Positions 50,999 to 64,000 of a DNA stretch of 64,000 bases are shown one piece after another; the stretch's first letter is position 1; every line of letters starts with the position of its first letter. The position numbers and the translations under genes were made by a program. The DNA comes from Lingula anatina (Eukaryota > Animalia > Brachiopoda). The notes below the pieces were generated by a model, which ran no database searches, was not told where the DNA came from, and saw nothing but the letters and a program-made list of their open reading frames with translations. Where the stretch lies: contig CM120645.1 of the NCBI GenBank assembly GCA_051362555.1, positions 9,238,001 to 9,302,000 on the forward strand. Reading direction: 5' to 3'.

Positions 50999-52889
50999 GA
51001 TACGTACGTCACTCTCTCCCTGAAAAGATTTGCAACGTTATGGCATAAATGCGTTTAGGGTCAATTAACAGAAGATTTTATAAAAATATTGGAATTCTCT
51101 ATGCATATGGCAATTCGAGTCAATAATCTATGCTAGTGCATATATGCGCATGCATAAATGAAAGTGCAAGTGCACGTCCTCTCTGACAGGCTGTTGGGCA
51201 CAGTTCAAGCGCTCTCAACATTTTACTGAATATCACTTAAAATTTGTTGAGGGCAACTGTTTAGAGCCTTTTAATATACCATCCATTTGATCTTGTAGGG
51301 CCAAATGAGAATAATTTAAAGCACCAAAACCGGTTTTAGAACGAGCGAGAAGAATTTATAGGGCTTAGTTTTGGTGGTAGAAAACATAAAATTGGACAAA
51401 AGTTTAAACACTTAACCTGAGTTTCATTCCCTTTATTACAAATATGTTGATTTATACTATTTCAAGGCTACAAATTTAGGTCTATTTTAAAATTTCCTCA
51501 ACAAATTAAGTAAGGCCTACTTTCAGCCGCGATTAGAAAAATCAGAGTTGCTTACATCAACATTTCTAAACGTCCCAATAAAGAGAAAACGTGGCAGGCA
51601 ACATACAAAAACGGACAAGAAAAAGTTTAACAGAGGTCACGACGGCAGTTGATAGATAGGCCTACATTATGTAGAAAGAAGTGGAGAGGTTTGGTCCATG
51701 GAGTGTGCCGACAATCTTTAATATACGGAGGATCGGGATGATGATGATGATAGATATTATTTTGATGACTTTTAGATGCAGAAAACATAAATTTGGACTC
51801 ACCTCTCAAGTTTATTTTTTAAGGTTCGACGCTTTCTTGGCACTGGGGATATGGTAACTTAACAGAACTATGTGACCAATTTTTTAACTTCGTAGGTAGC
51901 CTACTTATTCATAAATTGACGAGGGACCAACTTGCCCCGGGGTCCAACTTGCCCGGTCTCCCCAACATGTAGGCTACTAACTACCTGTAAGGGGACTCCA
52001 TCTAGGCCTATTAATTAGTTGCTAGCCTAGCTTCAAAGTTTTGTCAAAATATTCTAGGCCCTACATGTTCAGTGTAGCCTATTAAATTTCAAATAACTTA
52101 CGTTTCATGTTCGCGTAAAGCCTCTTCTTTCATAAAGACAACAATATACACAGTTGCTACCCCTGGTAGCTACAGTAGCTACATATGAACGTGTAGGCTA
52201 CGTGTAGGCCCCTACATGTATAGGCCCTATAGCCTATTCTGAAGATGCTCGGCCTACTGGATACCCAGCTCTGCTTCTCTGCTTTTTGTAGTAGGCCTAG
52301 GCCTCCCAGACGGACGGTTGTAGATCAGCATAAAGCTGATAAGATTTGACTCATCTCCTCAGCCGTTTTCTGTTTTATTTGTTTACTTATTTACTTTTTA
52401 CTGTAAAAAGTAGCACTAACAGGCCTACGCCCCCGAAGGTAGCCTACGCATAAAATTATCAAATAAAATACAGCATGCAACGTACAAGGACACAGCCTAA
52501 CGGAATTTTACTTTTTTTTCGAGTACATAAACGTTATCGTACATGTATATCTGTTTGAACAAACGGAACAAACACTCGTGTCCTATTTTCTACTACGTAC
52601 ACTGTACATGTAGTCCTACATGTAGGCCTATTACTGGTACGCTTACTTGGCTACATGTAGGCCTACATGCCTACATGTACAGTACCCAAAAGGGTGCCTA
52701 CCTGTATTCAAACTGAGATCTTACTAAATATATTGGTCTACTTGTACCGGTACAAGACATACAGAGAAAGGGGGATAATATGTTCAATATTTTACTAACT
52801 CACAGACCTTGAATTAAAAAAGTTGGTTTGTCAAAACGGGTCAGATATTCATGATTAATACGTGTAATGCGAACTGAGCAGGGAGCACA

Positions 52890-52936
52890 AGTCTCGCGAG
52901 ACTCTCCGATATGTATGATGTAAACAGCCGCCATTT
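52890..52936. promoter_or_regulatory. Probable bidirectional promoter core between the NLR and HROB
   Basis: Palindrome AGTCTCGCGAGACT (CGCG/BANP-type motif) at 52890-52903, YY1-type GCCGCCATTT at 52927-52936, splice donor at 53043. Confidence 0.65.
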
Positions 52937-53451
52937 CCAAGAGAGTAGAAACTTACAATCCTTCTAGGGTTGCAGTTAATATCATGTTTCTGGCTTCCTG
53001 AAGCTTAGAGTATCTCTATACTGATATCCAGAAGATTTGATGGTGAGTTTCAAGTCTTCCTTATATGCACGATTACTTTAAAAGGGCATTTGATATTTCA
53101 AAACTAACCGCAATTCTTGCATTCACTTCACGAACCAAGAAATGCTTGTACAGAATTAGCGAATGACAATCAAATATTCAATGGAGGAATACATTAATTT
53201 ACACCGTCAAGTTTATAAGTTATTTGATTGACTAAAATCCATGTATACTTGTTTATAATATATTCTTTAAGTTACATTTTAGTGCCCATAAGATAATGTC
53301 CCCATGATAACACTTACAGCAAGAACTGGGAGGTGACCGAGCGACCCATGATGAAGTCTTAGCTGTCTGACACTATAACACCCATCTAGCTGGTTGTCAA
53401 CTGTAGTCTGTGTGTTGTACATATCTGTGTTTGCCAACAGTTCAGTACACG

Positions 53452-55599
53452 ATGTTCCAGTTGGATGACACAGATGACTTGGACTATAGCTTGGAGGAAG
53501 GGGTAAATATGTAAAATGTCATGGCATAATGTTTAAAACGTGACGTTAAATTAAATAAATTTGAACTCTGTGACTTGACTTTATCTGCCAGAAATGTGTG
53601 TCATTTGTTTGCTACTAAAACAATTTGACTTATTAAAGTTATTTACAAAGAATGATGAGATAATTGTTTTAAAAGGCAGTCACATCTCTGTGATGGTTGA
53701 ATATATATTTACTAGAATTTTACTACTCTAATTGTTTTCACAACTGATATCAGCTAGTTTTATTAAACAGATATCATAAATGTGTTTATTAGTTCAGTTG
53801 ATTTTTAAATATGACCATTTACATGATACACCACATATTGTAGAGAAAACATTATCTTAGTATACTGTGATATATGTTCTCGATATTTTGAAGGACTTCC
53901 TCAGTGCTGCCTTCAGCACAACCAAACCAGCTGTGCAGAATAAAAAGAGAAGTAGTTTTGAGCTTGGCTATGAGGATGGCGATGACTCCGGACCAAAGAA
54001 AGCTAGATGTACAGAAAGTAATGGAAGAGGTAGTAAGAAAATCATGATAATTTGATACACAGTTGGTTTAAATAAAAGAGAAATACTGAGTGTGGTGTGC
54101 ATTCCTTGGCGTTGTGTTGAAAATTGTTGATCTTATAGTTATCATTTGTATCATTTGTAGTATTTTTCAATTTTGTAATGTCTAAGCTCCTCTCGTAATC
54201 TGCATGCTCCTTTTACCCTGGCATTCCTGTGCTTTTGTTAGTAGTCTGAGTGCATGTGCAATTAGACAACATAGCATGGGCCTTTGTGAAAAATATAGAC
54301 AAATTATTTTTTTAAAAATAATGGAAATAATGATGATATTCTCTATATATATATTAAGCTGGGCTCACGCTATAGCGAATCGCATAATTTCAGAAATGCG
54401 AAAACAAAATGTAATATTAACTCTTGAGTGTTCTTTGATTCTTTGTAGTAACTGACCCTACATCATGTGACCAGGGACCTCACACCAGGGGTCAGCACCG
54501 TCCAGGACTAGAGGCTGCTCCCAGTGACCAGAGAATTCAAACTGACCAGCTGCAAGCTATGAACACAACCACAAAGAAAAAGTTCACATTTAAATCTCCC
54601 AGAGGGATTCGACAGAGTTTTAGTTCTAACTCTGCGACTGTTCCTTCCAACTCTGGACTGAGTGAAAGAATGCCATTGCCTTCCATAGTTACAGACTTTG
54701 ATGAAAGCACTGACCACAATGGATCAGCAAAGTTAACAGGGTCTGGAACCCATGGAGAATATACAAAAGATAGGAACACAAGTGAAGCCCATGGCTTTTC
54801 TGTAGACAGCTTGACAGCAGAGGAGATAGCAGTGTCATGTGACCTGGACCAGTGGTCAGATGATGACTGGTCATGTGACAGGAACTTGAAGAAGAGTGGT
54901 ATTCTGGGTAATGAAGATGACCCAAGCGGCAGCTGCAGTGGAAAGAAGTCGGTGCTGCCTTCTATAGAAAAGAAAGTTTCTGAAAATGTTAGAACAGCTG
55001 GTGAATTGGGAAACAGGCAGTCTGATAATTTTCTGTGTGGTATTAAATCTGATGACAGTAAGGACTGTAAATTTTCAGCGTCATCTGAAACTAACAGATA
55101 TTCTTTAGGGAAGAACACAGTGGTAAATTCCATTCATGAATCATTGTCTGCGAATAAAGAAAGTTTGGATTCATCATCATTTAATGGCGTATCACCACAG
55201 ACAGTGCCGCACTGTTCTGGCGGGTTAAGATCTCGGACAGTAACACCATCTACCAGTAAGTCAGATACTAAACCGCCGTTCAAAAATGCACTGGGTTCAC
55301 AAACATTAGAGACACCCACATGTAATAATAAATCATCAACAGTTCAGTCATCAGGTAATGGTTTGAGACCACAGACAGTTGCTCCCTCTAGCAGCATGCT
55401 TAGACCGCAGACAGTGGAGACATCTGGTGACCCGTCCACTCCACAGAGAGTAATGCCATCTATCAAAAAGTTGGGATCAGAGGGCCATACGCTGCGGGGT
55501 GAAGTGCAAGCATCTTCAAAAAAGAAGAGAAAGTTTCCAGGCCCAGCTGGGCTTCTGCCAAAGTTGGTTAGTAGAGCTTTGTCAGTTAGGGTGCACGTT

Positions 55600-55654
<55 letters not shown>

Positions 55655-56657
55655 TTTTTCTTGCAAAGTATTTTTGAAAACATTTTAAAAGTAGTGGTAC
55701 AATTTTTTAGGATTGATAATCTTACATATTTTATTATTTGATATTTGCTGCTCAACTTGTTCCATAAATTTTTTTGTCTGAGCATTTTAGTCTTGAAACT
55801 ACTGGTAAGTAGACCACTAACTGCAGAGAAAAATGAAGTTGGTCATATTTGTTTTTGCATTTGGCATAAGTATTGTTTTTTGGTTATTCTATTTCAGACT
55901 ACGGAAGCAGGTCTGTCTGATACCAGGCTTCCAAGTCCGCATGTGCCCACTGTGGTTGCTAAGGAGAACAAAGTAATGAACTCTGCTACAACTATTGTTT
56001 CTTTAAATCAACAGCTATAATCAAAATTATTTCCATTTTATTTTGGCATCTCTCAAAACACCTATAGATGGAGAACGATTCCAAGTGTTTGACGTATTGA
56101 ATAGAAATGCTTCACACACACAAACACTAACACACGGGTGGACATTTGCTCAAATTTTGAAGCATTTAAATATGTATTTGACTTAAGACAGAAGACTTGA
56201 TGGGCTGATGAGATAGTTATAATCATTCCCCCCTTAATCAGCAGAGCATCTTGATTAATGTCAGGTAGTTTTACTGCCAAGAGTCTATTGTAAAATTAAA
56301 TATTTGACTGACATACCAGTCATATGTGTTTAAATTAGTGTTTTTGTTTCCCTTGTAAAATCCATGCACTGTATGATTATGTTCTTGTCTCTTTTGCAGA
56401 CGCCCCTATTTCCCTGCAGCCAGAGTTCACAGGAAGTGTTTGGTGGCGCCACCTGGAGGGCTATGCTGCTTGAAGTGGGCGAGGCTGACTACACCGCCAT
56501 TGCTGCAAAATATAGTCTTGCAAATATTGTCAGGAAAGTAAGTTGTTTGAGTTCAGGCAAGCTTTTCCTCAATCAGCAACTGGGGTTATACAGACACATC
56601 CTTATTGATAGCAAAATTTCTCAAATTCCAAATGTGAAGTGATTAATTGAATTATAT

Positions 56658-56692
<35 letters not shown>

Positions 56693-58551
56693 TTATTATT
56701 ATTATTATTATTTTTTTTTTTTTTTGGTTGGGGGGGAGTACTCCAGAGCAAATTTCTATTATACTATTACTCATTTTTGAAACACACATTAATATGAGTT
56801 TAATATCAGTTCTGGAAAAACCTAATCACAAATTAGTATTCTTAGCTGCTTATGAGAGGCAATTTCACATATTGGACAAGGGGTTTAATGGTTGTTATGT
56901 AAAATGGCTATAACTTTTTATGTACAGACACAGATGTGTCTGTACATATAGCCATCATCTGCGTCTGTCGTCGCCGTCGTCGCCGTCGCCATGCACTTTT
57001 ACCGATAACACGATAAGTGGAAAACTGTTTTTTCTTTTGGCTTGAAACTTACAGAACTAATGAATATTCATAATACGCAGGTCAAGTTCGAAAATCAGCA
57101 TGATCGGGTCACTTATAGGGAATTTATGCTGTTTTTATGTACAGACACAGATGTGTCTGTACATATAGCCATCATCTGCGTCTGTCGTCGCCGTTGTCGC
57201 TGTCGTCGCCGTCGCCGTCGCCGTGCACTTTTACCGATAACACGATAAGTGGAAAACCATTTTACCTTTTGACTTGAAACTTGCAGAACTGATGAATATT
57301 CATAATACGCAGGTCAAGTTCGAAAATCAGCATGATCGGGTCACTTTTAGGGAATTTATGCAGTTTTTTCACTTTTTTCAGCATATATGCAGCACCGATA
57401 ACACGATAAGTGGAAAACCATTTTACCTTTTGACTTGAAACTTACAGAACTGATGAATATTCATAATACGCAGGTCAAGTTCGAAAATCAGCATGATCGG
57501 GTCACTTTTAGGGAATTTATGCTGTTTTTTCACTTTTTTCAGCATATATGCAGCACCGATAACACGATAAGTGGAAAACCATTTTACCTTTTGACTTGAA
57601 ACTTACAGAACTGATGAATATTCATAATACGCAGGTCAAGTTCGAAAATCAGCATGATTGGGCTATTTTTAGGGAATTTATGCTGTTTTTTCACTATTTT
57701 CAATATAAATGCAACACTGATAACACAATATAAGAAAAACGGATTGGCCAATTGTAATTATACTCACAGGAGTGGTCAATCTTACTAAAACGCAGGTTGA
57801 GTTCGAAAATCAGCATAATCGGGCCATTATTTTAGAAGTTATACTGTTTTTTTCACATTTCCTCAGATTCAATTCTTAAGCATGTTAACAGTCTCATTAT
57901 TGAACTAATAAGATGCCTAAAAGTGTTTGTTTGATATTTCCTGCATCTTTACAACATTGTTAGTTGATTATGTAAAAAACATGGTAAACTTGTTATCATG
58001 TATTGTGTAATAAAGTGTCAAAAATGGAAATAAACTCATATCATTGCAGTTTGTCAGATTCAATCATCCACTATGTTCAGAATCTCAGAATGGAGGAAAT
58101 TGGACATTTAACACTGTTCTATTGATACTTTTCCCATCTCATCAATTTTTTTAGTTGGTCATATAAAAATGGCAGTAAAATGTTTATATTGTTTTATGTT
58201 AAAAAAGTGTTAAAAATGGAAATAAACCCATTTCAGAACAGTGCTGTCTTGTTTACATTTTGGCATTTTCAAGGCGTGACTTTGAAGTTCCATGGGCCTG
58301 AAGACCTTTGCTAGTCACATTTTCTGAATATCTGTGATACAAATATTTTATAATTAAAAATTGATGGTCATTAAGCTGTTAAACATTATGTAATATTGCA
58401 TCAAAATTTGAAGAAACCCCTATTTTGGGCACTGCTTCCATGATGACCATTTAAGGAAAATCATGTCACTTACTGTTCTCAAACTTACAGGAAAGAAACA
58501 TGGGACTAAAATACAGCTTCAGTAGGCAATGCAGGCTGTTTGGTTTGGTTT

Positions 58552-58595
<44 letters not shown>

Positions 58596-61500
58596 GCAGT
58601 TAAACAGTTTTTTGTGAAAATTTAATTTTTCACATATTGGCATTTTCAAGGTGTGACTTTAAAGTTCCATGATCTTGAAGACTTTTGCTTGTCACATTTT
58701 CTGAATGTCCATGTTACTAATATTTTATTAATAACATTTGATTGTCATTATGCTGTTAAACATTATTTAATGTTGTATCAAAATTTGAAGAAACCCCTAT
58801 TTTGGGCACTGCTCCTATGATGACCATTTAAGGGAAATTATGTCACTTACTGTTCTCAAACTTATAGGAAAGAAATATGGGACTAAAATACAGCTTCAAT
58901 AGGCAACGCATACTGTTTGGTAAATTTCTCTGGCAGTTTTTTGTGAAAATTTAATTTTTCACTTATTTGCATCTTTATTTTCTGTTCTTTGTCTGTACAT
59001 TTGACAGCTTTGCTGCCTTGTTCATAATTTTGGTTAAAAAAAAACATTTTGTTATTCTAATTTCAAATTTTCCAAAAGTAAACTCTCAAAGGTTACTCGT
59101 AATCACATAAAAAATTGAATTTGTAAGAATTATGTCTTGAGGCTAATTTTAAATATTGTAAAGAAACCTCGTGAGATATGTCTTATATATTGTTTGTCTT
59201 AATTGTCTCAGGCCAGCCAGAAGCTGTTACCAGATGGTAAAGTGCCTGTGGTGTGTGCTGTCATAGAGTCTATACAAGCAAGAGAGGCAGAGGCTAGTCT
59301 ACAGCTTAGGGACCCCTCTGGTAAAAATAGTACACAATATATTCAGAAATGATTTGTTTTCATTGTTACACTGCTTATTATTGTTAATGAGAAGAGATCT
59401 TTCGGTGAAGTTTGTGTAACAGTGGTGAATGGTACTTAACTTTGCTCAGCGCCGCAGCATTTGAGTGCATTCAAGTTTTTGAAATCATTTTTATTTATTC
59501 ATTTCTTTATTTCTGTTATTTTTTATGTATTATTATAATTTTTTTTAAGGGGGGGTGGGGTGGTAGTTTGGGTAATGTATTTTTCTGAACGAAGTCACCA
59601 TTTATGTGTGTCTGTGTGTAAACATACCTGTAGAGTATAGGAATCAGTGTCACTAGTGTTAACATACAATCTTGTACCACAGGCACCATCCAGGGCACAG
59701 TGCACAGACAGCTGGTGAAGGAATACGGCACTCGGCTCCAGCTGGGCTCTGTGCTGGTATTGCGACAGGTGAGACAGCACGTCTACTACAATCTTCATAC
59801 ACTGAGGCTTCAGACACCCTTTCCTTAAAGGGCCTATTTCAAAATATGTCTTAAAGCAAAAGCCACTTATAGTGAAGACTGCTGTAGATTTTAAGCAATC
59901 TAAGTTGTTAAAAGGATTTTAAAGATTATTCTGACAATCATTTTGTGGCAGTTCAGAAATATACACCATTCATAGTCATTAGTAATATGTTCTTATACCA
60001 ATGTTGCAAAGTTGACTTGCCATAGTTGGCTATCTGTTTAAAGCTGTCTTGATCTATGGCTAGGGTTCTGGCATACCAGATGAATTCCTTATTGGGGCCT
60101 CAGTCTAAGAGCCAAATTGAAGATTTTATAAAAGGGAAAATATAGTTTTCTATTGTGTGGTGGCACACAAAACTGCTGTATCTGCTCACATTTCTCACAG
60201 CTCAGCTTGATCAGCGTTTCCAGGCTTTGTTAAAGTCTTTTTATCCCACTAGCCTTTGGGGATACCAGGGTTTATTATCTAGAATCCAAACCAAAACTGT
60301 GGCCAATAACTGCACAAATTCACATAGTTTTACTGGCCAGATTTTAATTGTACTGAGGTCAGTGCTCCATGGCTGTCTTTAGCATTTGGTAAAGTGCCAG
60401 TATTAGGGTCACAGGCTGTAAACTTTGCTATCTTCAGTCTCTTCGGTCTGTTTTTCATTATACCTATCTTGACATGGGTCATTCTTCAAGATGAGAGTCA
60501 GACAGTGCAAGTGAAAAATAATTTCCTGACACAGTTTTCGTACAGAAAAAAAAAAAAAAGAAGAAATGGATCAGGAACCTTTCTGTACCAAGATGTGTTT
60601 CCAGATAATGGTAGAAATTGGTGATGGTATCAAACATGTCAGCTTAAGGTATTTTTTATAACATGCTCTGTGGGAGTTTGGGAAGTCTTTAAAAGGGAAT
60701 TATTGTCTTTCAATGTGGAGAAGTTGCTGATCCATGAAAGTATCACATCTCCAAAATCCCCCAGACATATTATTGTTGTGTCAGTGGATACATAACTGAA
60801 ACCAAGTTGATCTAATTAAACATTTAAAGTGTCATAGCATCTTCACTTTTTGTCTGAAATTGATGTTTTAAAAGCAGAAAAGAAAATGGTTTTGTGGCAT
60901 TTACAGTAATTACTTGATCTTTACAGTGCATTAAAGTTATTAAATTTTCAGATACATTATTTTAGAATAATAAAAATATATTTCTGTGTAGCATCTGTGG
61001 TGCTTTTTCTGTATAATATAGAACTAACTATAAGGTAGCCGGCTTTTCAGTTTTGTGGCTACCAGTCAGGGGGAGTTTTCTAATTTAAAGAATATATGAG
61101 AAACTATGAACTGTAAAAGTACTGTTAAATTCACAATTTTCCCATTGAAAAGGTAGAGTCATTGCCATATATTAGTGCTAGAACATCTGCGTTTAATCAT
61201 TGACAATTCATTATTGTTCTTATTATCCTAACTGTAGCTGATCAAACCAGACAGTACACTTGAAATCAAAGTCGGTTCCCTAAGTCCTTGTTTTCTTTGG
61301 TGAGGTTAAGTAAGGTCTTAAATGGATTTTTCTTTTCATTCCCAGAGCTGCTGTCACTTTCTGTTCAGAGAGCTGTCTTATTGTGTTGACTAATGATTGC
61401 TAAGTTCTCATCCACAGAGTGTGCTAGAAAAAAAAACTCTGTAAACATGTAATGGTTTTTGGAAAAAAAAAAGGAATTGCCTCTGTATTCTGAAGTGTTG

Positions 61501-63734
61501 TTCGCTTTGCTTCTTCTGCCCCCTCGCTACAGATAAGATATTGATAAGAAGTCTTGGTAATTGGGATGGGAATTCTAAAGGTCTGGGACTAATATCATTT
61601 GATAACTCGTAAACAATATGTAAAACATGGCATTCTATAAACAACAACAGTATTAGCTGGCTAAGATAATAGGATTTGGAATAGATTTTGATGAACGTTT
61701 AATTGCAATCAAGCTGATGTGTACACAGCTTATAAGGGGGATATTTAGGGTTGTGGAGGAGCAAGGGTGTCTGTAGTTAAATCCTATTCATTTTGACCAC
61801 TTTGAATACACTGTATTCAAACATTAACATTGAACAGTATTTATTGGATGGTGCATCCCAGAGATTTGGGTTATTTCTCCCAAGTGACTAGATTAAGGAC
61901 TTTGGCATTACTGAACCTAATATCACATAAGCAGTTGTGGACTTACAAGCAATATAAAGCAACATGTAGGGCAGATAGTGGTTATTATGAGAGTGACTGA
62001 AAGTCTGATTGCACAAAGTTAAACAATTATTACACTGAGTTCTGTTTATTATCTTTACTCTTTAGACACATTTGTATCAGGAACAGTTGTATAAAATGAA
62101 CATTCAGAAACAGTGTTCCACTTTTCTTTTATCGGAGCATGTCAGTATGTTTTTTGACTCATCAGTTGATATTGATTGAAGCAATGTTTTTGATTATCAA
62201 GAAGCTCAAGAAATGCTCTTCTTTGATTTCTTATTTTACAATATGTGCAGTAGATTTAAAAAACATTCTCAACAATGCTTCATTTTGTGGGGAAAAAAAA
62301 CAGCTAGACTGGCTTTTTAAATACCCCTGCAAAAATTTGTCTCATTTAACATTCACTTACAATTCTCAGTCTATTCTAGAACATTTGGTGTATTTTTTGT
62401 ACAGGTCTAATGTTCTTCTGTAATGAATGAAATAGTTCGAGAACTGTTTTTGGGGAAGTCCTTCAGAATGTTCTAGAACAGGTTAAGAACATTGGTTATT
62501 AAAAGAGAAAAATATTATGATCTAGGACAGATTGAGAACCAAAAGTGAGCATTAAATGAACAAATTTTCACAGGGGAAGAAACAAAATAGTTGTTATATT
62601 TTTGTTGTCACTTCCAGGTGGGAGTGTTCAGCCCCTCAGCCAGGAACCACTACTTAAACATCACCCCCAATAACCTGGTGAAGATCTACAGTGGCGGCAG
62701 CGGTGGGACAGGGGAAGGAACAGACATTGGTGGTGGCAGCGGTGGGACAGGGGAAGGAACAGACACCGGTGGTGGTGGTGGTGGTAGTGGTGGTGAAAGT
62801 GGCAATAGGATCAAACCGATTACTGTAGCCTGTGACCAGAGTCTGAAGGACATTGTGCAGTCAGGATTAAGTGTCCCTAGTGTGAGAAAGGTGGTACATG
62901 GAGCAGCACCAAGAGGTGTGGGTCAGGTATCTACTCAGAGTAACCCTGCTCAAGGGGCACCTGTTACTAGAATTGGACTTGGTCAACAGAGGCAGACTAA
63001 TGACTGGTCAAAAAGTAATGGTCAACTGTCCAGAACACATCAGATAACCACTGGTCAAGGTTCGCCAGCCTTAAATAGGCAGTCACCATCTTCAAACATG
63101 CAAAGCAGACTAAGGCAGAGCAATAACTGGAGGACTAGAGTGTCTTTGACTCCAGGAACAACTAGCAATATCCAATCTCCTACCACAAACTTATCATCAC
63201 TCCAGGCGCCATCCATTGCATCAGCACATGTTGGACAAAAACAAAATCCTGCACCATCAAATGTGCAGGGCAGCCAGTTTAAAACTGTCAGAACTTTTCA
63301 ATCAGTTGATCCCAATTTGACCTCTGCTACAAATAAATCAGAGACGATGCCAGTGAACAGATCCTTGCCTGGTTTTGGTGCCAAAATGAATCAGGTGGCC
63401 AGTGCGCTGCCTGCGCAGAACACTCCCCCTGGACCAAGACAGCCCTTGCAGGGGACCACACTGAAGACATCTAGTGGTGGGAAATTTACCTTTAAAAAGA
63501 CCGCAGGAGGCACAGGGAGTCCTGGGGGAACTAACTTGTCACCTGGGTCGCTTCAGGGCCAATCTGTGTTTAGTGACAGTCAGAACTTGTCACCTTCATT
63601 GGTTCAGAGCCAAAAGACTGCGTGCAATAAAGGGGATTCGTTTTCTAACAAGATGGCTGCCAGCAAGGTTGTGGGAGTGCCCTGTGGTAAACCAGTTGGA
63701 CAGAAGACGGCCGAAGATTTATGGATGGAGGATG
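53452..63734 (+). CDS. HROB: Homologous recombination OB-fold protein (C17orf53/MCM8IP). Exons 53452-53502, 53894-54029 (or 54032), 54449-55566, 55898-55972, 56400-56537, 59212-59320, 59683-59768, 62618-63734; last exon lies beyond the window
   Basis: Acidic N-terminus ..EEG|DFLSA, KRKFPGPAGLLP, GKVP, LRDPSGTIQGTVHRQL..LGSVLVLRQ|VGVFSPSARNHYLNITPNNLVKIY. Phase-consistent GT-AG exons. Confidence 0.93.
55600..55657. repeat. (TTTA)n microsatellite (another at about 56655-56710)
   Basis: Direct inspection. Confidence 0.9.
56915..59022 (+). mobile_element. Helentron-associated non-autonomous element (HINE/DINE-1-like) with internal tandem repeats, in an HROB intron
   Basis: 5' T-run then hairpin TGTACAGACAC-AGAT-GTGTCTGTACA; (GTC/GCC)n microsatellite; 161-bp repeats (marker at 57233, 57394, 57555, 57716); a second ~380-bp duplication; 3' subTIR GTCTGTACAT, hairpin CAGC-TTT-GCTG, then TT. 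Confidence 0.8.
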
Positions 63735-64000
63735 GTGAGGCTATTTAATTAGATTTTTTTTACATGACCCCATTCAGGTAGACTAATAGAGTCTTTTCCA
63801 CGGTCACGTGACTTCCGCTAAATTATCCGTGGGAACGCGAGATTTTGCGGGATTTGAAGTTTCAGGGGGAAAGTGTGGAGTGTACACGACGGACGCCATA
63901 TCGAGGAGTGCTCATTTCAATCTGAATTTTCAAAGTTTCGTAACATGTTAACACCTGATTTTTTTCGAAAACACATTCATGGGAGCAGTTGGATTAGAAA

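Noticed and set aside
53040-53048. ATG|GTGAGT as the HROB start (ATG-only first exon)
   Set aside because: Splicing to the acceptor at 53441 is out of frame with the conserved DFLSA exon. ATG 53452 fits, so this is more likely an upstream ATG.
57001-57850. Regular repeats as a CRISPR array, or CTGATGA..GAAA as tandem hammerheads
   Set aside because: The monomers are contiguous with no unique spacers, the context is a eukaryotic intron, and there is no convincing stem II between the boxes.
63785-64000. Possible left end of another transposon (AGAGTCTTTTCCACGGTCACGTGAC)
   Set aside because: The partner TIR and TSD are not in the window, so it cannot be supported.

Overview
AT-rich, intron-containing metazoan DNA from a marine invertebrate (probably lophotrochozoan; the taxon is an inference). 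In order: the 5' end of CCDC66 (-); a 4.1-kb TIR element with a 7-bp TSD (P-like) carrying decayed spliced cargo; a pogo-type deletion derivative; a complete 9-exon SLC22 transporter (-) with an intronic Penelope fragment carrying a hammerhead-like motif; a 3-exon somatomedin-B/Cys-rich surface protein lacking a 7TM (-); a tandem triplication of TPR-CHAT caspase-fold protease genes (-; two full-length, one with the TPR region deleted); a HEPN-NACHT-LRR-like NLR (-) with a single frameshift; and HROB (+), head-to-head with the NLR. The most notable feature is the 21-51 kb cluster, where CHAT proteases with intact His/Cys motifs sit next to a HEPN-NLR. It shows mosaic paralogs, decayed upstream exons and a duplicated promoter, and looks like a rapidly evolving innate-immune cluster built from domains also used in prokaryotic anti-phage defence. 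All calls come from manual reading; no searches were run.
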